Part shown: positions 10,832 through 20,449 of the stretch, piece by piece
Layout: each line of letters starts with the position of its first letter
Position numbering within the stretch: position 1 is the stretch's first letter
Assembly: GCA_023427945.1 (NCBI GenBank)
Contig: JAEYZR010000188.1
Coordinates: 1 to 50,119, forward strand
Reading direction: 5' to 3'
Length of the DNA stretch: 50,119 nucleotides
From: Pseudomonadota bacterium
Lineage (GTDB): Bacteria > Pseudomonadota > Gammaproteobacteria > Burkholderiales > Burkholderiaceae_B
Notes under the pieces: generated by a model
The model's input: only the letters and a program-made list of their open reading frames with translations
Told to the model about the DNA's origin: nothing
The model's database searches: none
Made by a program: the position numbers and the translations under genes

Positions 10832-11827
10832 CTATTGAATGACTTCTTTGAAACCGGCCAGCACGCTTTCCCAATGAGCAAGGTCCTTGCGATAGAACTC
10901 GTCGTACTGGGCAGCCGTCATGGCCGGGCGATCAGCGCCGATATCGGCAATCTGTTTTTTCATGTTGGGTTGACTCAGGACCTCATCGACGGCCGCGGAA
11001 ATTTTTTCCCGGACAGCCTCTGGAGTGGCTGACGGAACCAGCAAGCCAAACCATGTGTCGACATCGGCATCCGCTATACCTTGCTCGACCAGCGTGGGGG
11101 CATCGGGCAGGAACGCTGCCCGCTGGGGTGCAGCCACGGCGATGACGCGAAGTTTTCCGGCATCGATCTGGGACTTGGCGGCAGTATAGGTTGCATAAGT
11201 GAAATCGACCTGTTTTCCAAGAACGGCCAGCATGGCCGGGCCAGAGCCCTTGAATGGCACATGCAGCAAATCGGTCCCGGTCGCCTTGCCCAGCAGGATA
11301 CCCGCCAGATGAGGGCTGCCCCCTGCACCCGCGGTCCCATAAGAGACCTGACCCGGCGCGGCCTTGGCGCGTTTGACCAGATCAGCCGCACTGTGGATGT
11401 CCGAATCGGCGTGCACCAGCAAAAGATAGGGCGTTTGTGCCAGCATGGCCACGCCCTTCAGGTCGTTGCGCGAATCGTAGGGCAGCTTTTGGCCGGCACC
11501 ACTTTCCGAGAACGCGTGGTTCAACGACATGGCGGATGTGCCGATGACCAGCGTATGGCCATCGCCGGGCGCCTTGGCTGCCGCATTGGTCCCGATCACA
11601 CTGTTGGCCCCGCCGCGATTCTCGACGATGACCGACTGGCCCAGCGTCTTGGACAGGCCAGGCGAGATGAGCCGCACGAGAAAGTCCGTCGTGCCCCCGG
11701 GATTGAACGGCACGATGATCTTGATGATCTGGGTCGGATAGTTCGTCTGCGCCGCGGCGGGTGCACAAACAATGGCGGCGCTTGCGATCAGCAGCCGTTT
11801 CAGAATACAGGCAATTCTGGGGCTCAT
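10832..11827 (-). CDS. Bug/TctC tripartite tricarboxylate transporter substrate-binding protein
   Basis: IIVPFNPGGTTD and VIVENRGGA motifs; signal peptide. Confidence 0.93.
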   Translation of the reverse strand: MSPRIACILKRLLIASAAIVCAPAAAQTNYPTQIIKIIVPFNPGGTTDFLVRLISPGLSKTLGQSVIVENRGGANSVIGTNAAAKAPGDGHTLVIGTSAMSLNHAFSESGAGQKLPYDSRNDLKGVAMLAQTPYLLLVHADSDIHSAADLVKRAKAAPGQVSYGTAGAGGSPHLAGILLGKATGTDLLHVPFKGSGPAMLAVLGKQVDFTYATYTAAKSQIDAGKLRVIAVAAPQRAAFLPDAPTLVEQGIADADVDTWFGLLVPSATPEAVREKISAAVDEVLSQPNMKKQIADIGADRPAMTAAQYDEFYRKDLAHWESVLAGFKEVIQ

Positions 11828-11963
11828 ATTCAACTCGTGTTCTCTGTGGGTTTCAGAAAAAGGGGTGAGGCAACACGAGTGCACTATGGACGAATTACTG
11901 CGGACGCTGAAGTGCATTTTGCACATCGCATCCATGCGTTCTGAACATCAATGGCCGATCACA

Positions 11964-12698
11964 TCAGGCGCGCGCCTTCGATCCGGTGCGCCGCACGGAT
12001 GGCTCGTTTTCGGCGGCAAGCGATGCCTGCAGGATCCCGATAGCCACGACCGAGGCATTGCGCACGTGCAGGCTGCCGGCAGCACGCGCCGCCTTGCCGT
12101 CGCGCGCCTGGAGTGCGGCCAGCAGGTCCGACAGTTCCGCCACGCTGTGCCTGGCACGCCCAGGCGCCTGCATGGACGTCGATCGCAACAGCATGACGCG
12201 CGAGTTCAGCAGGCGCAGCGTCGTGGTCAGCGCCTCGTTGCCTGCGCCATCGAGCACCAGTTGATAAAACGCGTTCTTGGCAGCGATCTGCTCCAGCGCC
12301 GTGCCTTCGGTGAGCGAGCTCTTGAGTTGCTTGAACGCATCGCCCACGGCAGACAGCTGCTCCGCAGTCGCATTCTCACAGAACAATTGACAGGCCAGAC
12401 CTTCGAGTTCCTCGCGTACCTGATAAATGCCACGGGCCTGCTCGGGCGAGAGGTGTTCCACCACCGGCCCCCGGTGAGGGATCACCATGATCAGGCCCTC
12501 GGATTCCAGTTGCCGCAAGGCTTCACGAACCAGTGTGCGACTCACACCCGTCATCTCACAGAGTTCACGCTCGGGTAGACGGTCACCCGGGCGAAATCGC
12601 CCGACAAGAATGGCATTGCGGATACTCTCGGTCACGCCATGTCGCAGCACCGATGCCACGCGTTGGACCTTGAAATCGCCTTGTGCCTGCTGAGTCAT
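11964..12698 (-). CDS. GntR family transcriptional regulator (FCD domain)
   Basis: PGDRLPERELCEMTGVSRTLVREAL winged HTH. Confidence 0.93.
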   Translation of the reverse strand: MTQQAQGDFKVQRVASVLRHGVTESIRNAILVGRFRPGDRLPERELCEMTGVSRTLVREALRQLESEGLIMVIPHRGPVVEHLSPEQARGIYQVREELEGLACQLFCENATAEQLSAVGDAFKQLKSSLTEGTALEQIAAKNAFYQLVLDGAGNEALTTTLRLLNSRVMLLRSTSMQAPGRARHSVAELSDLLAALQARDGKAARAAGSLHVRNASVVAIGILQASLAAENEPSVRRTGSKARA

Positions 12699-12809
12699 AT
12701 TTTAATGCGCCAATTATTTAGGTGAAGACAACCAGACAATCCCGGGCAGCTTCGACAGTCCTTGTACCCGGTAGTTTAGCAATCCGGGCATGAACGCTGT
12801 ATATACATG

Positions 12810-12836
12810 AAAAAACCCTCCGTGTTACCGGAGGGT
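12810..12836 (-). terminator. Intrinsic terminator of TRAP operon
   Basis: ACCCTCCG-6nt-CGGAGGGT hairpin with an A-run on the + strand (U-tail on minus), downstream of dctM. Confidence 0.75.
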
Positions 12837-12870
12837 CTGTCCACCGTTCATCACGATGCGCTGGAAAAAC

Positions 12871-14148
12871 TCAATAGAACCAGCGAGCCGGGATCGTGAT
12901 GATCTGTGGGAACAGCACGAACAGGAACATCAGCAGAGTCTGGGCCAGCAGGAACGGCCAGACACCGACGATCACGCTGTCCAGTCTCACCTTGGCCACG
13001 CCAGACACCACGTTCAATACCGCCCCCACCGGTGGCGTGAGCAGGCCGATGGCGTTGTTCATCACGAACATCACACCGAAATAGTACGGGTCGATGTCTG
13101 CCGTCTTGATGATGGGCATCAGGATGGGCGTGAGGATCAGCACGGTCGGCATGAGATCGAGCGCCGTGCCCACAATGATGACCAGCACCATGATGGCGAA
13201 CATCAGCAGGATCTTGTTGCCCATGAACGGCTCGAGCAACACGGCGGCCTGCGACGGAATATCGGCAATCGTGATCAGCCACGCGGAAACCAGTGCGCAG
13301 GCGACCAGGAACATCACGGCGCTGGACGTCTTGGCGGCCGTCAGCAGCAATTGCGGCAGTTCACGCCAGCGCAGTTCACGATAGACGAAGGCACCCACCA
13401 GCAACGAATACACCACGGCCACGACAGCCGCTTCCGTTGGCGTGAAGACGCCGAACTTCATGCCGCCGATGATCACGAACGGCAGGATCAGCGCCCAGAG
13501 TCCATCGACCAGCGCGCTGAACAGCTCCTTGCCGTCGAATTTGCGCGCATGCGCCCCCGGCTCCTTGCGTGCGCACAGGCTCCACGTGATGGCCAGTGTC
13601 ACGGCCATCAGAATGCCGGGGATGATGCCGGTCAGGAAAAGCTTGGTGATCGAGATGTTGGCGGCCACGCCGAACACCACCAGGGCGATGGACGGCGGCA
13701 GCACCGGCGCAATGATGCCGCCGGCGGCGATCAGGCCGGCCGAACGCGGAACGTTGTAGCCCATCTTGCGCATCATGGGGATCAGCAGGGCCGCAACCGC
13801 CGCACTGTCGGCCACGGCCGAACCCGAGATGCTTGCCACCACGGCAGCCGCAATGATCGCGACATAGCCCAGCCCGCCGCGCACGTGACCCACCATGGCG
13901 TTGGCCACGCGGACGATGCGCTGTGACAGCCCGCCCGCGTTCATCAACTCGCCGGCCAGCATGAAGAACGGCACGGCCAGAAGCGGGAAACTATTGGTGC
14001 CCTCCAGCAGGTTCTGCGCCAGAATCTGCGTGTTGAACATGTCCAGGTGCCACATCAGCGAGATGCCGCAGACCAGCAGGGCAAAGGCGATGGGCATGCC
14101 CAGGCACATGGCACCGAGCAAAGAAAACGTAAAGATAGCGATAGTCAC
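12871..14148 (-). CDS. dctM: TRAP transporter large permease
   Basis: SFPLLAVPFFMLAGELMN, SGSAVAD and GLLTPPVG motifs; highly hydrophobic. Confidence 0.95.
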   Translation of the reverse strand: MTIAIFTFSLLGAMCLGMPIAFALLVCGISLMWHLDMFNTQILAQNLLEGTNSFPLLAVPFFMLAGELMNAGGLSQRIVRVANAMVGHVRGGLGYVAIIAAAVVASISGSAVADSAAVAALLIPMMRKMGYNVPRSAGLIAAGGIIAPVLPPSIALVVFGVAANISITKLFLTGIIPGILMAVTLAITWSLCARKEPGAHARKFDGKELFSALVDGLWALILPFVIIGGMKFGVFTPTEAAVVAVVYSLLVGAFVYRELRWRELPQLLLTAAKTSSAVMFLVACALVSAWLITIADIPSQAAVLLEPFMGNKILLMFAIMVLVIIVGTALDLMPTVLILTPILMPIIKTADIDPYYFGVMFVMNNAIGLLTPPVGAVLNVVSGVAKVRLDSVIVGVWPFLLAQTLLMFLFVLFPQIITIPARWFY

Positions 14149-14157
14149 CAGTGACCC

Positions 14158-14661
14158 CTACTCAGATGCAACAGCGTTGTCCTGCACCAGTTCGTTGACT
14201 GGCATCTTCCCCGTCACTTGCCGCCACAACGAGTGGATGGTCAGCAAGCCGACGGAGACCGAGCAGATCACCAATGCACTGAAAACAACGCCCATGGGAA
14301 GGTTGGTTACCGGCGAGTGGTCGTCCATGCCCAGCACCATGAGGCGCCAGGCACCGTCGCTCAACATCACCATCGCCCCCAGCACGAGCAGGTCGGATGT
14401 GAAACGGCAGATACGTTTTCCCATCACGGGCAGACGCGAAATGACGCTGGACATACCCAGATGGGCACCGTCATACATGGCGACCACTGAACCAATCAGC
14501 GTCAACCACATGAAGCAGAAGCGCGAGACTTCCTCGGAGAACACCAGTCCATAGCTCAGGGTGTAGCGCAACACCACATTGCCAAAGACCAGGATCACCA
14601 TGACGGACAAAAGGATCACCAGCATCCATTCAAACAGACGGATGACAATATTTCGCTTCAT
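14158..14661 (-). CDS. dctQ: TRAP transporter small permease
   Basis: NVVLRY...SEEVSRFCFMWL; about four hydrophobic segments; lies between dctP and dctM. Confidence 0.93.
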   Translation of the reverse strand: MKRNIVIRLFEWMLVILLSVMVILVFGNVVLRYTLSYGLVFSEEVSRFCFMWLTLIGSVVAMYDGAHLGMSSVISRLPVMGKRICRFTSDLLVLGAMVMLSDGAWRLMVLGMDDHSPVTNLPMGVVFSALVICSVSVGLLTIHSLWRQVTGKMPVNELVQDNAVASE

Positions 14662-14712
14662 GAAAAAGTACCTTGCTCAGTGCAAACGACCAACCTGTCG
14701 GCAACGCCCGCT

Positions 14713-15693
14713 TTAGTTCACGGCATCGATGGCTTGGATGACCTTGTCGCCGTTTTTCTCGATGAACATCGCACGGGTGCCATCCTTCACGACCGCACGA
14801 ATGCTCTCGACATCGGGGTTATCCACGATCTGCACGCCCTTGGAACGCATCTCGTCGAGCACCTTCTGCTGGCGTCCGGCGTTGTAGGCGCGCTGGAACA
14901 CGGCAGTGGCCACGGCTTCTTCGATCAGGATGGTCTGCTGTTCCTTGGTCAGCTTGTCAAAGCGCGCCTTGTTCATGGCGACCGGCAAGGCCGTGTAGGC
15001 GTGGTTGGTCAGGGACAGGTGCTTTTGCACTTCGTACATCTTGGCCGCATACATGGTGTCGGCTGGGGTTTCGTGACCGTCGATGGCCTTGGACTCCAGC
15101 GCGGGATAGACCTCTGCCCAGGGCATGGGCTGGGGATTGGCACCCAGCAGCTGGAAGGCGCGCACGTGAGCGGCATTGGGCGTGGTGCGAATCTTCAGGC
15201 CCTTGATGTCGGCGGCGTTGTTCACCGGGCGCTTGCTGTTGGCCAGAACGCGAAAGCCCAGATCCCAGAAAGCCAGGCCTTTGAGCTGGTAGGCATCGAA
15301 GTCGTCCAGCAGGCTACGACCCACCGGGCCGTCGAACACGCGGTAGGCATGGTCTGCGTCCTTGAACTGGTAGGGCAGGTCAAGCGCGTTCAGGCTGGGC
15401 ACGAGGCCAGTGTAGAAGGGGTTGCCCAACACGATCAGATCGATGGTGCCAGCGCGGGCGCCCGACAGCATGCTGCCGTCGTTGCCCAGCACGCTGCTGG
15501 GGAAAACCTGAATTTCGATCGCGCCGTTGGTGCGGTCCTTGACGCGCTTGGCGAACTCCACGGCAGCGATCTGCTGCGTATCGTCGGGCGCACCAGAGTG
15601 GCCCATCCGCAGTTTGGTCGGCGACTGGGCATAGGCATGGGTCGAGGCGAGCAGAACGACGCCCAATACGGCTTTCAGGAAATTGCGCTTCAT
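14713..15693 (-). CDS. dctP: TRAP transporter substrate-binding protein
   Basis: Signal peptide; DIKGLKIR and MPWAEVYPAL motifs. Confidence 0.95.
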   Translation of the reverse strand: MKRNFLKAVLGVVLLASTHAYAQSPTKLRMGHSGAPDDTQQIAAVEFAKRVKDRTNGAIEIQVFPSSVLGNDGSMLSGARAGTIDLIVLGNPFYTGLVPSLNALDLPYQFKDADHAYRVFDGPVGRSLLDDFDAYQLKGLAFWDLGFRVLANSKRPVNNAADIKGLKIRTTPNAAHVRAFQLLGANPQPMPWAEVYPALESKAIDGHETPADTMYAAKMYEVQKHLSLTNHAYTALPVAMNKARFDKLTKEQQTILIEEAVATAVFQRAYNAGRQQKVLDEMRSKGVQIVDNPDVESIRAVVKDGTRAMFIEKNGDKVIQAIDAVN

Positions 15694-15766
15694 GTTTGAG
15701 TCTCCAGGCCTGGAAATGGCCAGAAAGTTTTGGTTATTTGATTGTGATTATTTGATTATTGTTAGA

Positions 15767-15786
15767 TTAGCATACCATCATACAAT
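15767..15786 (-). promoter_or_regulatory. Putative operator (ATTGTATGATGGTATGCTAA) upstream of dctP
   Basis: 17/20 identical to the motif at 23671-23690; related motif at 29518-29537. Confidence 0.55.
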
Positions 15787-15826
15787 CATTAAAAGAGTTA
15801 CACAATCGTGAGGCAGCCTGTCTTTA

Positions 15827-15845
15827 AATGAGAATCGTTGCTAAT
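15827..15845. promoter_or_regulatory. Fur box upstream of second ECF sigma gene
   Basis: AATGAGAATCGTTGCTAAT has a strong left half of the Fur consensus, about 100 nt upstream of a fecI-like gene. Confidence 0.65.
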
Positions 15846-15942
15846 ATTGCGCCGTGACTTCAAGATGTCTCCTCATTCGTCGTGTCGACATGCGCTCCCT
15901 TAGCCACCCCCAGCCTGTATTCACTCATCAGCCAAGTTCAGG

Positions 15943-16551
15943 GTGGGTCTCGGCATATCCGCGCAAGGTTCTGCCTTGAGCACCCGCGACGATTTCATCG
16001 AAGGGGTGTATCTCAAATGGCGTCTGCCGCTGCTGAAGATACTGTCGCGCAAGATCAAGGACACTGACCATGCCGAGGACATCGCCCAGGAATCGTTCAC
16101 GCGATGGTTGACGTCGCGAACCAAAGAGGCGCCGGACAATCCCCAGGCCTACGTTACGCGCATTGCCCTCAACGCCGTGCATGAGTGGCGTGGCAAGCGA
16201 GAGCAAGAACACCACATCGTTTCATCCATCGATGACGACGCCACGAATCACCAGATTTCAGCGCCCACGGAAAACACCTGCCCACAGCGTCACGCCGAGA
16301 ATCGTCAAATGCTGGCTCGCATCGAACAGGCTCTGCAGGAACTGCCGCAACGCCAGTGCGAAGCGCTCACGCTGCATCGATTCGACGGACTGAGCTACGA
16401 GGAAATCGCGGCGACCATGCAGATCTCCCGGGCCCTGGTCAGCCGACTCATCTCACAGGCGGTGGCTTACTGCCGCCTGCGCGCCAACTATCCTTCGCAG
16501 CAAGCCATGCAATCGGCGCTTGCCCTGAAAGAGGGCAGCCATGACGCCTGA
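15943..16551 (+). CDS. FecI-like ECF sigma-70 factor
   Basis: AEDIAQESFTRW (region 2) and LPQRQCEALTLHRFDGLSYEEIA (region 4). Start uncertain. Confidence 0.9.
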   Translation: MGLGISAQGSALSTRDDFIEGVYLKWRLPLLKILSRKIKDTDHAEDIAQESFTRWLTSRTKEAPDNPQAYVTRIALNAVHEWRGKREQEHHIVSSIDDDATNHQISAPTENTCPQRHAENRQMLARIEQALQELPQRQCEALTLHRFDGLSYEEIAATMQISRALVSRLISQAVAYCRLRANYPSQQAMQSALALKEGSHDA

Positions 16552-17545
16552 TGACCAGACTGTTGCCCTGTACGAGACGGCGTCTGCCTGGTTCACCGAG
16601 CGCCGGGCCGGGCATGCGTGGTCCGGTAAAAAGGAACTCGAACTGCAGGCCTGGCTGGAAGCAGATCCACGGCATCGGCAGGCCTACGACGAGATCGCGC
16701 AAACCTGGGACGCCTTCGATCATGTCGCCCGTCCGGTGCTGGCGCGCGATCACGCCACCCGTCCAGGGCCAGCTCTTGCCCAAGGCCGGCGCACGGGGTG
16801 GACCTGGTTTGGCAATGCACGCCACACCATTGCGACCGCCGCCCTGGCGTTCAGTCTGCTTTGTGCCGGCGGCTGGTACTGGCACGACAACACGGTCCAG
16901 TTCAGCCAATCCATCCATACCGCCCAGGCCGGGCAGCGCGAAGTGACACTGCCCGACGGCAGTGCACTGACCCTCAACCAGAACACCCACCTCGAGGTGG
17001 CGTTCTATCCGCGCCGTCGCGAGGTCGTGTTGCTGCAGGGCGAAGCCTTTTTCGAAGTGGCGACCCGACACGGCGACCCGTTCCAGGTGACCTCCGGCGA
17101 CACACGAATCCACGTCGTGGGTACGGCCTTCAATGTACGCACCAGTGCTTCTGCGCTTTACGTGAAGGTGCGCGAAGGCACAGTGAAGGTAGAGCGCCGG
17201 GCCAGGAACGGCAATCAGGTCGAGATACTGAACGCCGGAGACGGCGTGGAGGCGGAGGGGCGCAACGATGTGTTGAAACGCAGCTCCAGCGAGCCAGAGG
17301 CGGCAGGCAGCTGGCGCACCGGGCAACTGGTCTTTCGCAATGTCTCGCTTTACGAAGTGGCCGACGAGCTGCGCGGCTACCTGGGCGAGCCCATCGAGGT
17401 CGTGGGCCGCCAGGTCCGCAATCACCGTCTGTCGGGATTCGCCAGCACGGCCAATCCCCAGGATTTCCTGCAGGCACTGCCGCAGTTGCTACCGGTGAGC
17501 GTGCAGCACGTTCCAGGCACCGGCTATCGCATCGGCGCGCGGTGA
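16541..17545 (+). CDS. FecR family anti-sigma factor/sensor
   Basis: ASAWF...WLEADPRHRQAY, one TM helix, GQREVTLPDGS, GEAFFEV and VVGTAFNV motifs. Confidence 0.93.
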   Translation: MTPDDQTVALYETASAWFTERRAGHAWSGKKELELQAWLEADPRHRQAYDEIAQTWDAFDHVARPVLARDHATRPGPALAQGRRTGWTWFGNARHTIATAALAFSLLCAGGWYWHDNTVQFSQSIHTAQAGQREVTLPDGSALTLNQNTHLEVAFYPRRREVVLLQGEAFFEVATRHGDPFQVTSGDTRIHVVGTAFNVRTSASALYVKVREGTVKVERRARNGNQVEILNAGDGVEAEGRNDVLKRSSSEPEAAGSWRTGQLVFRNVSLYEVADELRGYLGEPIEVVGRQVRNHRLSGFASTANPQDFLQALPQLLPVSVQHVPGTGYRIGAR

Positions 17546-17941
17546 TCGACACCCGCCAGGCCTATCGAAGTCACATTCAGTTTCAACTTTGCCTGGCTCG
17601 AATGTAGCCTGTTTTCTGCCAAACAACTCTTTATAGGTATTGGCTGCCATCGCGAAGCCAACGGCTGCGACCAGACTCGCCATGAAGCTAAAGCCTCACC
17701 CGCTGTAGCGCCCTGCCCGCACCTGTCGTGACCTATCCGCGTTTATCCCGTTCCCAACGAAGAGTTCACCCGATGTCGATGACCCGCTGCGCGCCCTGTA
17801 CCAGGCGCTAGGCAATGCCAGAGCGGCGGCTTTCCCAACTGCCGCGCACGTTGCCTGATGGCGCCTGACGCAATCCAGGGGGATCGCCTTGTCGCAGGAC
17901 AGGGCGCGCGCACGTCATTCATTTTGCGGAGCAGGACTTTC

Positions 17942-20416
17942 ATGAAGCATTCTCGCCACTTGAGCCATGCTCTCGTTGCCATGCATATCAACCATCCAGA
18001 CAGGGGCAGTGGTCTCTTTGCGCCGCGCCCGACGTTGATAAGCGCCATCATCGCCAGCGCCATCGGCGTGATGGCCACACCATCGCCAGCCGTGGCACAA
18101 GAGGTGGCGACACAGTTCAACATCGCCGCGCAGCCTCTGGCCAGCGCATTGAGCGCATTTTCACAGCAGTCCGGCAAGCAACTGCTGTTCTCCGAAGACA
18201 CGGTACGCGCCAGCCAGGGCCAGGCCGTCAGCGGCAAGATGACGCCGCGTGAAGCGCTGGAGCGCATACTGGCCGGCACCGGCATCCAGGTGCTCGCCCC
18301 CACCGGCGGCGCCTACACCTTGCGTGCCCCGAATCATTCGATCACAGGCGATGTGGCGACCTTGAACACGGTCACTGTGCGCGGCACGGTGGATGGGCTC
18401 ACGCCGAGCTACGCGGGCGGTCAGATTGCACGCGGCGGCTCGGTAGGCATGTTGGGCACCAAGGACTTCATGGAAACGCCTTTCAGCACCGTTGCCTACA
18501 CCGAAGAGGCGATTGCCAACGCCCAGTCGAGCAACGTGCTGCGCGTGATCTCCGATACCGACCCGTCTGTCTCCACCACCGGCAACGACTATGACCTGAG
18601 CAACTACGCTTCGGTGCATATCCGGGGCTTCAATACCGCCGGGCTGGAAGATCTGGGGATCAACGGGCTCTATGGACTGGCCGCCTACGGCAACCGCAAC
18701 GTCGCGACGTTCGCCGAACGCGTGGAAGTCCTGAAAGGGCCGTCCGCGCTGCTCAACGGCATGATGCCCAACGGCACGGCAGTGGGCGCGATCAACGTCA
18801 TCACCAAACGTGCCCAGGACGAACCCTTGAACCGGGTGACCGCGGGCTACGAAGGCAAATCGATCTACAACGGACAGGTGGATATCGGCCGCCGTTTTGG
18901 GGAAGACAATCGCTGGGGGATTCGCGTCAATGCGGCCAAGCGCGAAGGCGACACACCCATCAAGCACAAGTCGGTCGACAACCATGCCCTGGGCCTGGGG
19001 CTTGACTACCGTGGTCCGCGTTTGCGTGTGGGCTTCGACTGGCTCAACAACCGGGAAGTGACCGACGGCGTCTCGGCGCAGATTCAGTCGACGCTACCCG
19101 ATGTTCCACGCCCGCCCACGCACGACCGACTGATCGCCAGCGAGCCGTGGAACCGCTACGAAACGCGCGGCAACCTGTATATGCTCAAGGCGGAATACGA
19201 CCTGACCGACGACACGCAGGTGTGGGCCTCGCTGGGCAAGAACGACCGCAAGATGGCGGCCAACGTGGTGAACTGGAGCCTGCTGAATCTGGATGGCGAC
19301 TTCAGGCGCACTTCCGTGCTGGTGTGGAACTCCGAGTTCGAAAACACGGCGGGCGACATCGGCATACGGACCACGTTCGACACCGGTCCGGTGCGTCACA
19401 GGTTATCGGTCAACGCGAATGCCTCCGAGCGTATCGTGAATCAGGCTCGAGTGACCTATCCGCTGACGGGCAACCTGCAGGGCAATCTCTACGATCCGAC
19501 CTACATCCCGAAGCCGGACGTGGACTACTCGCCTCACATGCCCAAGAGCAATGAAAACAAGCTGCGCAGCATCGGTTTTGCCGACACGCTGTCGATACTG
19601 GAGGATCGCGTCCAGTTGACCGTGGGCGCACGTCACCAGACGGTCAAGCAAAAGACCTTCAACGCCGTGACGGGCGGCGTCAGTGGCCAGCCCTACGACA
19701 AGTCAGCCGTCACGCCCGCCGTGGCGGCGCTGGTCAAAGTGACGGACCGGATTTCGGTGTACGGCAACTACATCGAGGGACTCAGTGCCGGCGGACAGGC
19801 TCCTGCGACGGCGGTGAACGCGGGCGAGATGTTCGCGCCCTACAAAACCAAGCAGAAAGAAGTGGGCATCAAGTTCGACAATCGAAATTTCGGTTCGACA
19901 CTGGCCCTGTTTGAAATCACTCGTCCCAACGCCTACACAGATCCCGCCACCAGGGTCTACAGCTTCGCGGGCGAACAGCGCAATCGGGGTGTCGAACTCG
20001 AAGTGTTCGGAGAACCCATGCGTGGACTGCGCCTGCGCGGCGGGGTAAGCGTGAAGGAAGGCAAGTTGACGAAGACGGCAGGCGGTGTGAACCAGGGCAA
20101 TGATGCCGTCGAGGTCCCGAAGTTCGAAGCCAAGCTGGGCGTCGCCTACGACATCGCAGCGGTGCCCGGGCTGACGCTGAATGCCAATGCGATCCACACC
20201 GGCAAGCAGTACCTGAACCAGACCAACACCTTGTCGATCCCGAGCTGGCGTCGCTACGATGTTGGCGCCACCTACGTGACCAAGGTCGCATCCAGACCGC
20301 TGACCCTGCGCGGCACCGTCTACAACGTTGCCAATTCGCATTACTGGTATGGCAGCCTGTGGCGCGGCGTGAGCCAGCCGCGCACGTTCCTGCTGAGCGC
20401 GACGATGGAGTTCTGA
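17942..20416 (+). CDS. TonB-dependent siderophore receptor/transducer with STN domain
   Basis: FNIAAQPLASAL STN domain, ERVEVLKGP, C-terminal ATMEF. ATG 17942 follows AGGA. Confidence 0.94.
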   Translation: MKHSRHLSHALVAMHINHPDRGSGLFAPRPTLISAIIASAIGVMATPSPAVAQEVATQFNIAAQPLASALSAFSQQSGKQLLFSEDTVRASQGQAVSGKMTPREALERILAGTGIQVLAPTGGAYTLRAPNHSITGDVATLNTVTVRGTVDGLTPSYAGGQIARGGSVGMLGTKDFMETPFSTVAYTEEAIANAQSSNVLRVISDTDPSVSTTGNDYDLSNYASVHIRGFNTAGLEDLGINGLYGLAAYGNRNVATFAERVEVLKGPSALLNGMMPNGTAVGAINVITKRAQDEPLNRVTAGYEGKSIYNGQVDIGRRFGEDNRWGIRVNAAKREGDTPIKHKSVDNHALGLGLDYRGPRLRVGFDWLNNREVTDGVSAQIQSTLPDVPRPPTHDRLIASEPWNRYETRGNLYMLKAEYDLTDDTQVWASLGKNDRKMAANVVNWSLLNLDGDFRRTSVLVWNSEFENTAGDIGIRTTFDTGPVRHRLSVNANASERIVNQARVTYPLTGNLQGNLYDPTYIPKPDVDYSPHMPKSNENKLRSIGFADTLSILEDRVQLTVGARHQTVKQKTFNAVTGGVSGQPYDKSAVTPAVAALVKVTDRISVYGNYIEGLSAGGQAPATAVNAGEMFAPYKTKQKEVGIKFDNRNFGSTLALFEITRPNAYTDPATRVYSFAGEQRNRGVELEVFGEPMRGLRLRGGVSVKEGKLTKTAGGVNQGNDAVEVPKFEAKLGVAYDIAAVPGLTLNANAIHTGKQYLNQTNTLSIPSWRRYDVGATYVTKVASRPLTLRGTVYNVANSHYWYGSLWRGVSQPRTFLLSATMEF

Positions 20417-20449
20417 TCGCGCCATGGCCCATTTCAAAAGGATGAATCA

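Noticed and set aside
15730..15770. TTATTTGATT repeated in the dctP leader
   Set aside because: Short low-complexity AT-rich repeat with no spacers; not CRISPR-like.
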